A DNA stretch of 64,000 nucleotides from an uncultured Pigmentiphaga sp. (GCA_937891425.1 CALAGD010000051.1:9956-73955), one strand, 5' to 3'; counted from the stretch's first letter, positions 1 through 8,937 are shown. The notes: generated by a model from the letters alone, not told the origin. A program made the numbers and translations.

Positions 1-306
1 CACGCCCGGCCCTGCCGGCGCGGTAAGGTCCGCAACCCCGATATCCAGGGGCATGGGCCGTGCCAGGTATGTTGGAGGGGTGACGGTTTCATCTTCGAGC
101 GTCAGGTAGTCGAAGTATTGCACCAGCAGTTTCTGCACGGCTCCCCGTACGGTCAACATGTAGCTTGCGGTGGCACGGGCGCCGGCGTCCTGAGCTTCCG
201 CGGTCAGGCGGGAGGCCATCCAGATGGCGCCCAGTGTCAGCAACGCGGCGCCAATCGCCAGCTCGGCCAGCATGAACCCGCGCATTACGGCAGGATGACG
301 ACGCAT
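1..306 (-). CDS. PilV-like type IV prepilin (minor pilin/adhesin type), 5' part only; gene continues past the left edge
   Basis: Own minus-strand translation from ATG at 306: MRRHPAVMRG|FMLAELAIGAALLTLGAIWMASRL..., open to position 1. Short basic leader, Gly-1, Glu+5 and a hydrophobic N-terminal helix give a class III (prepilin) signal. Starts 5 nt after the pilS-like stop. Absent from the ORF track because it is truncated. Confidence 0.6.
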   Translation of the reverse strand, partial: MRRHPAVMRGFMLAELAIGAALLTLGAIWMASRLTAEAQDAGARATASYMLTVRGAVQKLLVQYFDYLTLEDETVTPPTYLARPMPLDIGVADLTAPAGPGV

Positions 307-311
307 GAGGA

Positions 312-1079
312 TCAACGCATGGTGAAAATGAAGGTGTTCACGTCGCCTCGTGCGCAGGCCTGCTCGGCCACGAGAGGCGAGTATGCGATCGGGGTGGCGG
401 CCAGGGCGTCTTTCGCGACCACCGTACTGGCTCCGGAGATCTCGATGCGCTCCGCCACACGCTGCATGACCGACGCCAGTGCGGGGCAGGCGGCATCGTT
501 GACGGCATCGAGTGTCATCGTAAAGCGGGCACCGCCATCGGCCTCCGCCACCTGGATGAGCCCGGTCGTGGTGCCGTTTCCACCCAGCCCATGTGCGACC
601 CACGACAGGCCGTTCGCATCAACCGACAGTACGCTGGAATTGCGCATGGCCCGTGCCAGGTTGGCCGTATCGAGGCCGGCGTAAGGCTCGCTAGTCCCCT
701 GCCCGTTCGCCTTGGTCCGCGCCACATAGCGTTGCAGCTCCGCCCCCACACGTGGCACCTTGTTCTCCACCACGTAAGCGTTGATGGCGGGAATGCCGAT
801 GATCGACACAATCAGGATGATGGCGGTCACGATCGAGACCTCGATCAGACTCAGCCCCCACTGACGGCGCGGGGCAGACCGTGGTTGCCGCAGAACGCGC
901 CGAGATGCGGCGCGCTGCCTGCCTGTGCTCGAGCATGCAGCGGTACCGGACGCGCGGGTCCGCGCGGCCAGTTCATGCTGTGGACCCTGTGCGTGCCGGG
1001 CGCATGAACGCGCCTGCGACCTGTGCCGCCTGCGCATCCAGGGGTGACCAACCACGCGCGTCTTTGCCGCAATCGACAT
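312..1079 (-). CDS. pilS: Type IVb prepilin (R64 PilS-like major pilin)
   Basis: ORF 312..1094. The second ATG (1079) is preceded by a strong SD (ATGGAGGAGAAATCG-ATG). Prepilin motif RRQWG|LSLIEVSIVTAIILIVSIIGIPAI with Glu+5. Mature part is about 180 aa with two C-terminal Cys (AACPAL ... EQACARG), like a pilin D-region. Lies between the platform-protein gene and a second prepilin gene. Confidence 0.75.
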   Translation of the reverse strand: MSIAAKTRVVGHPWMRRRHRSQARSCARHAQGPQHELAARTRASGTAACSSTGRQRAASRRVLRQPRSAPRRQWGLSLIEVSIVTAIILIVSIIGIPAINAYVVENKVPRVGAELQRYVARTKANGQGTSEPYAGLDTANLARAMRNSSVLSVDANGLSWVAHGLGGNGTTTGLIQVAEADGGARFTMTLDAVNDAACPALASVMQRVAERIEISGASTVVAKDALAATPIAYSPLVAEQACARGDVNTFIFTMR

Positions 1080-1157
1080 CGATTTCTCCTCCATACCCGA
1101 TCAATGATTGACATCCCCGTCCGGTGGACAGGGCCCTGGCAGAGCGAGCAGGCATGC

Positions 1158-2255
1158 TCAGACCGCCGCATGCCACGTCTGCATGGCGGCGCGCAGCTCG
1201 TCGAGCGCCGCGTAGTGCCACAGGACAGTGGCGATCAGCACACCGGTCGCTGAAATCAGCAAGGCCCAGCGCAACGCCGCGGCACGCCGTTCGACGTGCC
1301 GCATCAGCTGCTCCTCGACGTAGTCGCGAGCCCGCAGCAATCCCTCATCTACGCCATGCGCTGCGATCACGTCCGCGAGATACCAGCAGGTGGGCTCATC
1401 CAGCAGCCCGGTCCTGAATGTCTCGGCACCCACGACACCATCATCGATACGCTCCAGCATGCGGTTCAGGTGCCACGACTTCCAGCGGGTGGCGCCAGCG
1501 AGCTGGCTCATTACTGCGTCTCGCAGCCGTGCACCCACGTTGCCCCGCTGACGTACGGTCACGCCCAGCAGCGAGAGAAAGCGCACGCTCTGGAGGTCTC
1601 GGTACATGCGCCAGACGCCGATCCGGTCGAGCGCTTGCCGCACACGCCCGGTCAGGTTGGGCATCGACCACCAGACCAACAGAGCGAACAGCAGTGCGGT
1701 GGCAAGAAACGGGATGAGGTAGCGTTCAAGCAGCGCCGCCACCGAGACGAGCCGCTGCGTCACCGGCCCGTGGAACTCGGGCGGTACCGAATGAAATGGC
1801 TGCAGCAGCGCCGGCACGGTGTAGGTGGGGAGGGCTGCAAGCATCATCAGGACGATGACCCACGCGAGCCAGGCCGCGGCCATGGTTGAACGCAGGACGC
1901 GGCGCGTCCTGTCGTGCAGGCGGGCAAAGCGAGCCAGGTCGTGCAGCAGTGCCGCCAGGGCCCCGGCACCACTCAGCTGGGCGGCACGCAACAGCGCAAC
2001 GTCGTCCCGTGGCAGGCTGCCGGAAAACGTCTCGGCAATGTCGCCACCCCAGTCCTCGTGGCGGCGCGCCCAGCGCGCGGAGAGTTGGCCTCGAAGCGTG
2101 CGCCGTCCGTAGCGCCGCGCATCGTCTTCGAAGATGTCGCGCAAGGTTTTCCTGCCCTCGAGCTGAGTCATCAGCATGGCAAGATATTCGTAATAGGCGG
2201 CGCGCTGGCTGCGAAACCTCCACCGCGCCATGACCGTTTGCACCGACGTGAGCAT
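1158..2255 (-). CDS. pilR: Type IVb pilus inner-membrane platform protein (GspF/PilC family, R64 PilR-like)
   Basis: 365 aa polytopic membrane protein with a GspF-like segment (FSGSLPRDDVALLRAAQLSGAGALAALLHDLA). Start abuts the ATPase stop (2256). Position between ATPase and pilin matches pilQ-pilR-pilS. Confidence 0.75.
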   Translation of the reverse strand: MLTSVQTVMARWRFRSQRAAYYEYLAMLMTQLEGRKTLRDIFEDDARRYGRRTLRGQLSARWARRHEDWGGDIAETFSGSLPRDDVALLRAAQLSGAGALAALLHDLARFARLHDRTRRVLRSTMAAAWLAWVIVLMMLAALPTYTVPALLQPFHSVPPEFHGPVTQRLVSVAALLERYLIPFLATALLFALLVWWSMPNLTGRVRQALDRIGVWRMYRDLQSVRFLSLLGVTVRQRGNVGARLRDAVMSQLAGATRWKSWHLNRMLERIDDGVVGAETFRTGLLDEPTCWYLADVIAAHGVDEGLLRARDYVEEQLMRHVERRAAALRWALLISATGVLIATVLWHYAALDELRAAMQTWHAAV

Positions 2256-4067
2256 TCAGGTCACCCACGGTTGCACCGCCACGCGACGTGTCACGGGGAA
2301 TGCTGTGTCCGGGCCGACATCCAGCGGGCGAAACCGGGCTTCTATGTCACGCGGGTCGATCTCACCCTGCAAGACCTTGTATATGGCACATTCCAGAGCC
2401 GTCTTGCCGTACATGTCGGGTTCATCGAAATGGCTGCGACGTTTGCCGGCGAGGTGCCGGCGCTGGCGGATGGCGTCGCCGCGGCGCACGTTGCGCAGGA
2501 ACTCGTCGTCACGCGCAGGCTCGATCATCTCCGCAACCACCGTGCGGCCGCAGTACCCGTACAACTCGGGCAGACTGTGGCTGCGGCAGGACTCACATCC
2601 GGCGGGGTTGCGGAAACGCATGCTCACGGGGTCGACATCGAACTGACGTGCAAGCACCGCTGCATAGTCACACGAGTGCTTGCCGCCGGCAGCGCGCAAC
2701 TCGACAGCCGACAACGCGCAGTGCGGACACAGGCGCGGAACCAGGGTCTGATAGACGAGCAGCTTGAGTATGCCCGGCGTGGCAAGAAAATCGCGCGGAA
2801 TGCCGATGAAATCCGATGCGAGACGATCCGGGATGAGCATGGCCGCGCCGGCATGGACCGTGGTGTAAACGCTGATGCCGCTGCCCGCCAGATCCATGAA
2901 TGCGCGGCCGGTCTCGCGATCGCGGATCTCGCCGACGAGCAGATCGTTCATGGCCGAACGCTTGATGGTGCGCAGCTTGGCCTGGAATACATCTCGCGTC
3001 TCGTCATCAACCGAGCGTGTAATAGTGTTCTGCAGGGCCCCGTCTATGAGATATTCGACTGGATCCTCCAGCGTGATGATCTTGCGGTCGGCCGGAATCA
3101 TGTTCATCAGGGTCGCGATGGTGGTCGACTTGCCCGAACCGACCACCCCTGCAAGCACAATGGCACCACCTTCCGTTCGGCGTGCCCGATCCAGGGTTTC
3201 CACCTGTTGCGGCAGGTAACCCAGCTGCTCGAGGGAACGCAACGTCCGCGCCTCAAGCCGGAGTATTCGCAAACACACGGACGGTCCGTTGTCGGTGGCC
3301 AGAGAAGCCCAGCGCAGCAGTACAGGGGTGGTGCCGACCTGCAGTCGCAGCCGTCCCTGCTGTTCGATACGTGGATCGAATACGGCCCCATTGCCGCCCT
3401 GGATGTCCATCCAGGCAACAGCCAGTATGTCCATGAGCGTGGAGGTAGGCATGTTGGCAAATCGGGCCGGCGTTACATAACGGCCCTCGATGGTGTACTT
3501 CACCTCGGATGCGGGCTCATCCAGGGCAATGTTGATATGCAGGTCGCTGGCACCGTGCTCCACGCCCCAGCTCACCAGCTCGTGGAACGCGTCTACCAGC
3601 GACGACCGTTGCGCCTCGCCGGTACGGCTGCCGGCCCCGTCGCCGGCTGCGGAAACCTGTCCGCGGACCAGCGCAAGCAACAAGGGGGCCGGCACGACCA
3701 GCAGCGCCGGCTCGCTGACCGGATACCGTTGACTCACCTGGCGCAGCAGCTCATCGACCTGATCGCTGTCGCGCCATGCCTCAACGACCACCACCACGGC
3801 TTGCCCATCCTCGAGCAACGCCGGGCAGAACCGGTTGATGCCTGCCCCCAGATCGAACTCGTCGAACAACAGCCTGCGGATGGGTGAGCGCAGTGCTGCC
3901 AGCTCGTTGCGACTCTCGATCCTGATCCAGTGGTTCGGGACCTGCGGCTGGCTAGCGCCGGGCCCGGAGCGGAGACCTCCCGTGAGGGGACCAGCAGCCT
4001 TGGTACGAGCGACGCGACTCAGCGGGAACCGGCGCGCCGCCGCACGTGAAAATTGAGGAAAGACCAC
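2256..4067 (-). CDS. pilQ: Type IVb pilus assembly ATPase (GspE/PulE family, R64 PilQ-like)
   Basis: Walker A GVVGSGKSTT, VGEIRD box and a tetracysteine motif (CPHC ... CESC) typical of GspE-type ATPases. The ORF opens at TTG 4085, but GTG at 4067 follows a strong SD (CAAGGAGGCGAT-GTG). Confidence 0.9.
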   Translation of the reverse strand: MVFPQFSRAAARRFPLSRVARTKAAGPLTGGLRSGPGASQPQVPNHWIRIESRNELAALRSPIRRLLFDEFDLGAGINRFCPALLEDGQAVVVVVEAWRDSDQVDELLRQVSQRYPVSEPALLVVPAPLLLALVRGQVSAAGDGAGSRTGEAQRSSLVDAFHELVSWGVEHGASDLHINIALDEPASEVKYTIEGRYVTPARFANMPTSTLMDILAVAWMDIQGGNGAVFDPRIEQQGRLRLQVGTTPVLLRWASLATDNGPSVCLRILRLEARTLRSLEQLGYLPQQVETLDRARRTEGGAIVLAGVVGSGKSTTIATLMNMIPADRKIITLEDPVEYLIDGALQNTITRSVDDETRDVFQAKLRTIKRSAMNDLLVGEIRDRETGRAFMDLAGSGISVYTTVHAGAAMLIPDRLASDFIGIPRDFLATPGILKLLVYQTLVPRLCPHCALSAVELRAAGGKHSCDYAAVLARQFDVDPVSMRFRNPAGCESCRSHSLPELYGYCGRTVVAEMIEPARDDEFLRNVRRGDAIRQRRHLAGKRRSHFDEPDMYGKTALECAIYKVLQGEIDPRDIEARFRPLDVGPDTAFPVTRRVAVQPWVT

Positions 4068-4081
4068 ATCGCCTCCTTGCG

Positions 4082-4738
4082 TCAATTCAGACCCGGCAAC
4101 GGTGCCGACAACGGCCCATCGGCAGACCGCCCTCGCACGGCGGTACCGGGGCGCACGGTTCCATCATGCATGCGCGGCTGGTAGCACGCGGTTCGCAGCG
4201 GCCCGCTGCCCTTGCGCAATACCACGCACGTATCCACGATACGGACCAAGCGGTACTCGTTGCGACTGCCCTGTCCGCCGTATGGCAACGTTGCGCCTGG
4301 CCGGTACTCCTTGCGCTGCCCGTTCACGGCCAGCACCGCTGTCAGTGTGTCACCATGTCCGTACAATTCGATGAGCTCGATTCGGTCCGCCATGGCACGC
4401 GCGGGAGTCCGATCCGCCGGTTTCACCTCGGGACGCGAGCCTGTCCGGCGAGACTCATAGTGCTCGAGGGCACGCCGGGTGTCCTGCATCAGCAGCTCAA
4501 GCACGCTTTCGGTGTGCTTCTCCCATGTCGCTCCGGGGCGGGCGACAGCATCGGAAGTCCCGGCGGATAACCACGCCACCATTGAGCAGCACGCCAGGAC
4601 AATACGCGTGACCGTGCCTGGCCCTGAACTCACGACAGCCCGACACCTGACCCATGCCCGTCTCCAATAGCCAGCTTCCATCTTCTTGCAGGATGCACCT
4701 CGCAATGATGAACCGGAATCTGAAATTTGAACCAACAT
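4082..4738 (-). CDS. pilP: Type IVb pilus biogenesis protein, PilP-like
   Basis: Core RIELIELYGHGDTLTAVLAVNGQRKEYRPGATLPYG...YRLVRIVDTCVVLRK resembles the PilP family. ATG 4738 is preceded by AGGAAATGCAAT, 13 nt after the pilO stop. Stop overlaps the pilQ ORF start (TTGA). Hydrophobic segment IVLACCSMVAWLSAG. The N-terminus is uncertain. Confidence 0.55.
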   Translation of the reverse strand: MLVQISDSGSSLRGASCKKMEAGYWRRAWVRCRAVVSSGPGTVTRIVLACCSMVAWLSAGTSDAVARPGATWEKHTESVLELLMQDTRRALEHYESRRTGSRPEVKPADRTPARAMADRIELIELYGHGDTLTAVLAVNGQRKEYRPGATLPYGGQGSRNEYRLVRIVDTCVVLRKGSGPLRTACYQPRMHDGTVRPGTAVRGRSADGPLSAPLPGLN

Positions 4739-4751
4739 ATTGCATTTCCTG

Positions 4752-6248
4752 TCAGGAGCTGAATGTTTCGGCGTCATCCGCCTCATCTGGCGCCCGCCAC
4801 TCGATCACCCGCCCACGCAGCGTTGCTGTCAACGCGCTGGCCCTCAGACCGGGCCGCACCCCCGGTGAGAGCTGTACATTGACCTCTTCCCACTTGATGC
4901 GTCGGGTCAGCTCCGGGCCCAGCAATGCAACGAAACGCATTGGCCCCTGTAACGTGATGGAACGCGCCTGCAACTGCGGCAAAGTTCGCGGACGCGGCGG
5001 CACCAGGCCCTCACCGGTGCGCGGCGGGATCATGGGAATGGGTCTGGGTGCGTCGATACGGATGCTGCCAAGCAGGGGTCGGAGCGCCTGCAAGGCGTCG
5101 GCGTCGATGATCATGCCGGGCGCAGTTTCCCGCAACGCATGAAGGTCGATGGGATGCCGTTGCACTTCGACCTCAAAGTGTGCGACAGCTTCGTCGAGGG
5201 AGGTCCAGCGAAGCTGTGCCGAAGGCAGATCCGGCCCGGTCAGTGCCCCGGCCGAAGCACGCAGATCGTCGCGCACGTAGGTCGCACGACAATGCCAGAG
5301 GTCGCCCCGGGCCTGGCAATGGACGTGGCCAAGACGCCATCCGCGCCGGCGTACCGGCATCTGTACGATGCGCTGCCAGAGGTTTCCAAGTCCCTCATGG
5401 GTGGGCAATGCATGCTCCTGCAGGGCGTCATGGAACGCCTGCAGCCATAGGGTCTCTGCCTGCCTTTCGTCAACCTGGACGCTGTGGTGGGTATGCCCGA
5501 TGTGCACGCCTGCGGGCCCGTCGGGCTGGCGCTGCAGCCAGAACACAGTAGCGCTCGCCAGAGCCAGTACGCCCATCACGGCGGGTACGCGTACACCCAC
5601 GGGGGATTTCTGCACGAGGGTGCGCGGCCCGGCGTCGCGCAGCAGGCGCGTGAGCATCGCGCGAGCCCGCTCTTCATCGCGTTGCGAACTCGCGTGTGGG
5701 CTGCTTGCATGTGCCACCAGCTCGGGCGTGTCCTCAAGCAGGTTGAGCTCCGATCCGAAACGCTCCTGTGCCTGCTCGATACATGCACGCGCGGCTACCA
5801 GATCGTCTACCACGACATCGCCCCGGTTCAGGACCTGACCATTGCGCACGATCACGACCCAATAACGACCGTCCGGCAGCATCTGCACCCAGGCGTGCGT
5901 GCCCGTGGGGTGACGGGTGGCGACAATCTGGGCCGCCGAATGCGCTTCACCGCGCCAGCCCCGCCTGGTGCCAATTCCAGCCGCCGCGGTCAGGTGCACC
6001 GTGCCGACGGACTCCGACCGGCCACCTGCATGTACCCAGTAAACCGCGCCCACCGCCCGTGCCTTCCGGCGCGCCTGCAGTGACAGATCAGTACCCAGGA
6101 TGGTGTGCCATTGCATGCCGAACACAAGGTGGACGTTCCGGTCGCGCACACGCAGTGGCACGATGACCGAAGCAGGCGGACGAGCATGAGCCCGGGCAGA
6201 CCAGCCAACCAGGCGACCCACGTACGACCACACGCTGGCAACACCCAT
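4752..6248 (-). CDS. pilO: Type IVb pilus biogenesis protein, PilO-like (bitopic membrane protein)
   Basis: 498 aa with a single central TM (VPAVMGVLALASATVFWL). Size and position between secretin and PilP match R64/PAPI-1 pilO. Start ATG overlaps the pilN stop by 1 nt (TGATG). Confidence 0.55.
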   Translation of the reverse strand: MGVASVWSYVGRLVGWSARAHARPPASVIVPLRVRDRNVHLVFGMQWHTILGTDLSLQARRKARAVGAVYWVHAGGRSESVGTVHLTAAAGIGTRRGWRGEAHSAAQIVATRHPTGTHAWVQMLPDGRYWVVIVRNGQVLNRGDVVVDDLVAARACIEQAQERFGSELNLLEDTPELVAHASSPHASSQRDEERARAMLTRLLRDAGPRTLVQKSPVGVRVPAVMGVLALASATVFWLQRQPDGPAGVHIGHTHHSVQVDERQAETLWLQAFHDALQEHALPTHEGLGNLWQRIVQMPVRRRGWRLGHVHCQARGDLWHCRATYVRDDLRASAGALTGPDLPSAQLRWTSLDEAVAHFEVEVQRHPIDLHALRETAPGMIIDADALQALRPLLGSIRIDAPRPIPMIPPRTGEGLVPPRPRTLPQLQARSITLQGPMRFVALLGPELTRRIKWEEVNVQLSPGVRPGLRASALTATLRGRVIEWRAPDEADDAETFSS

Positions 6249-7870
6249 CAGAACCCCTCCTCCACCGCAGCGGTCAGGATGAGGAGGGTAGTTTCGCGGC
6301 CGCGCGCACTGCGGCTGGAGCCACCCAGCAGCATGGGGGCGTCTTCGTCCAGCCGGCGCCGGTCGGTCTGCGTGTACTGGCGGTCAAGCCCGGCGACGAT
6401 GACGGGCTGGCCGGGCCGCAGCTCCAGTTGCTGCACGGTGCCACTGCCGTCCACGGTGAGCTGCTGGATTTCGATGGCGTTGTCGCCCTGCCCGAATTTC
6501 ACGCTGGTGAGTGGCTGCGCCACTGTGGAGTCATACGCGATCGACAACAAGACCTGGCCGTCTTCCTGCGCATCTGGAATGACTGTCAGGAACTGACCGA
6601 CCGTCTCCTCCTTCTGGCTGACCGAGACGCTGGGCAGGGCTCCGGAAACACCCCCTTCGCGCGTAGTGGACACGGAAGTAGTCTGGACACGGTCAATCCA
6701 GCTGAAAGTGGTGCGCACTGCGTGAGTGACCGGTCGCCGGTTGAGCGTAGTCAGGGGAACCCGAGTGTGGCGCGTGACGGTGCCGACCTGCCGCAACGCC
6801 TGGATGATGGCGCTGGAGCCTTCCCAGCGCCCGTCACTGAGGCTGGCCGACAGGCTGCCCGCCACCTGTCCCAGCACCGCTCCGCCACTGGACGCAGTGG
6901 CCGCTGCCCTGCTGGCGGCGTAGATGAGGTTCCAGTCGATCCCAGCCTCGCCCTCTTCATTGAGCACCACGCTGACCTCTTCGAACAGCAGACGCACCCG
7001 GCGGGTGAGCGCACGGTTTTCGCGTTCAAGGAAAGCGGCCACCCGATCGAGCGCTGCGGGTGTGTCAGTGACCACTACCAGCGAAGATCCGTCGCCGTGT
7101 GCAGCCACCACGCCCGCTTCTGTCAGAAACGGCTCGATGCGCGCCACGACCGCATCCATGACGTCGTCAACCGTCGATTCCACGCGCGTATTCGAGGCTG
7201 ATGCAAAAGCCCCGCTACTGCCCGACGGCCCCGTCATGCCCAGGCTGGCGACAGAGGATGCTCTCAGCAGCAATGCCCGGACATTGAAGACGCGTGTTTC
7301 GGTCCGGTAGATTTCGATGGCGCCATGCTGGTACCTCCACCACACGCCGAGGTGCGCTGCCGCATGATCGAGAACCTGCGCGAGCGGCTGGGCGCCGGTG
7401 GGCAGTATGAAAGCCGGCCGGCGTGCCACAAGTTGCGTACCCGCCGTGCTTCCTGCCAGACGTGGCAGGAAGCGCTCGACCGGCAGCAGTGCGTCGGGGT
7501 GAATACGTACCGGAATGCCGGTGGCCTGGGTTACCCGTTCGGCCAGAGCGGGAAGATCGACACGGTTGTCGGGAAACATGAGTGCGGTCTTGACGTGAGT
7601 ACGCAGTGCCTCGGGCAGGGTCACCTCGCGCGCCAGCGGCTGCGCACGCCCCGCGAGCCATGGCCTGTTCACTTCCTGCGCGGCCCGGCGGGCACCGGCG
7701 TCGTTGAGGGTGGCGGCAAAACGCTGCTGTTGCGTGACCAGCTGCTGCGAAGCATCCTGTGCTGCCTGCCTGAACGCACGCGACTGTTGCAGGACGCTAC
7801 ACCCCGACAAGATGGAGGCTACCGCGAGCGTCACCGGAGCTAGTGCCAGACCCCTGATTTTGCTGACCAC
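6248..7870 (-). CDS. pilN: Type IVb pilus secretin lipoprotein (PilN-like)
   Basis: Lipoprotein signal ...KIRGLALAPVTLAVASILSG|C, followed by a roughly 540-aa protein with a secretin-like C-terminal half. The ORF opens at 7927 and would overlap pilL by 47 nt; the in-frame GTG at 7870 (checked in sequence) removes the overlap and gives a normal signal peptide. Confidence 0.7.
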   Translation of the reverse strand: MVSKIRGLALAPVTLAVASILSGCSVLQQSRAFRQAAQDASQQLVTQQQRFAATLNDAGARRAAQEVNRPWLAGRAQPLAREVTLPEALRTHVKTALMFPDNRVDLPALAERVTQATGIPVRIHPDALLPVERFLPRLAGSTAGTQLVARRPAFILPTGAQPLAQVLDHAAAHLGVWWRYQHGAIEIYRTETRVFNVRALLLRASSVASLGMTGPSGSSGAFASASNTRVESTVDDVMDAVVARIEPFLTEAGVVAAHGDGSSLVVVTDTPAALDRVAAFLERENRALTRRVRLLFEEVSVVLNEEGEAGIDWNLIYAASRAAATASSGGAVLGQVAGSLSASLSDGRWEGSSAIIQALRQVGTVTRHTRVPLTTLNRRPVTHAVRTTFSWIDRVQTTSVSTTREGGVSGALPSVSVSQKEETVGQFLTVIPDAQEDGQVLLSIAYDSTVAQPLTSVKFGQGDNAIEIQQLTVDGSGTVQQLELRPGQPVIVAGLDRQYTQTDRRRLDEDAPMLLGGSSRSARGRETTLLILTAAVEEGF

Positions 7871-7880
7871 GGCAACCTCG

Positions 7881-8777
7881 CTACGACAGGGGCGCCAGGG
7901 CGGCCACGGGGGATACGGTGCGATCACATGGCTGCGACAGAGGTACGACGCGCAACACCCGGTTGGAATAAAAGCAGGGTTGCAAGGGGTGGTCGGCCAG
8001 TTCCGTCGCGCTCAGCAAGCCGCGCACGGCTTCGCGAAAATCGGACCCGAAGCTCGCCGATGCGGTCAGGGGGATATCGACGTCGACGGCCCAGTGTTCG
8101 TTGTCGAAGCGCCAGCCGGCATCACGTGCCCAGCGCTGCAGAACCTTGCGCATGTTGCCATCGGACACCGCGGCGTCGAACTCGAGCACACGGTACTGTT
8201 GCGCTGCCTGGGGTGATGCCACGCGTGCGTATGCTTCCGCGCCAGACGCCGATGCGGGCCGCGCGCCGGATGGGTTGGCCGCCGCACGGTAAGCCGACGT
8301 CGGCTCAGGTTCCACCGTGGATGCGACGTCCTGGTCTGCCGCTGGAGATATGGCGGCATGTTGCCAGGCCTGAAGCGCATGGTGAGACGACAGCCTGAGA
8401 CCGGTGCGGGGCGCGTTGCCGATGTAGTCGGCCCGCGCCGTGGCGTTGCCCAGCCGCATGACGATGGTGGAAACGACGCCGTCGAGCACCAGATAAGGCC
8501 CCTGGCGTGTATACGCCGCGAGCTGCAACGAGCCCGTGTCGCCTGCTGCCGCGGCGAAGATGGCGGGCAATACCTGACCTGGATGATATTGCAACCAGGT
8601 AGTGCTGCCGTCATCGAATACCTGGATGGGAGCGACCCGCCGGTCGCCCGACAGCCGGTAGGCGAAATCGAAACTCTTTGCGCCGGATGCACCAGCGACG
8701 TGTGCTGTAGCCGGAAACAGGAGCGCGCTGCAAGCAATGACCGCACTCCTGCAGAAGTTCGCAATGCGCAACTGCAT
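7881..8777 (-). CDS. pilL: PilL-like pilus lipoprotein with C-terminal TcpQ-like domain
   Basis: Signal/lipobox-like N-terminus (RSAVIAC). C-terminal YRVLEFDAAVSDGNMRKVLQRWARDAGWRFDNEHWAVDVDIPLTASASFGSDFREAVRGLL resembles the TcpQ/PilL domain. It is the first gene of the co-directional pil block. Confidence 0.55.
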   Translation of the reverse strand: MQLRIANFCRSAVIACSALLFPATAHVAGASGAKSFDFAYRLSGDRRVAPIQVFDDGSTTWLQYHPGQVLPAIFAAAAGDTGSLQLAAYTRQGPYLVLDGVVSTIVMRLGNATARADYIGNAPRTGLRLSSHHALQAWQHAAISPAADQDVASTVEPEPTSAYRAAANPSGARPASASGAEAYARVASPQAAQQYRVLEFDAAVSDGNMRKVLQRWARDAGWRFDNEHWAVDVDIPLTASASFGSDFREAVRGLLSATELADHPLQPCFYSNRVLRVVPLSQPCDRTVSPVAALAPLS

Positions 8778-8937
8778 TCGAGCCCCCGATAAGGATAAGT
8801 AGCCAACCGGCTCGCACGAGCCGGCCAGGATCAGCGAGCCATAGTGTGCAGGTGCGAGAATGAACCCACAATATCGGAAGCTACTTAGCAGGGTCGGCTT
8901 ACGTGTGGGACGCCCGCCGTGCCCTGACGGAGCGATA

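Noticed and set aside
1914-3887. 657-aa plus-strand ORF covering the pilQ/pilR region
   Set aside because: It is exactly antisense to a GspE ATPase with intact Walker and Zn motifs. Its composition (R/H/G/D/Q/V-rich, no recognisable domain) is typical of shadow ORFs in GC-rich DNA.
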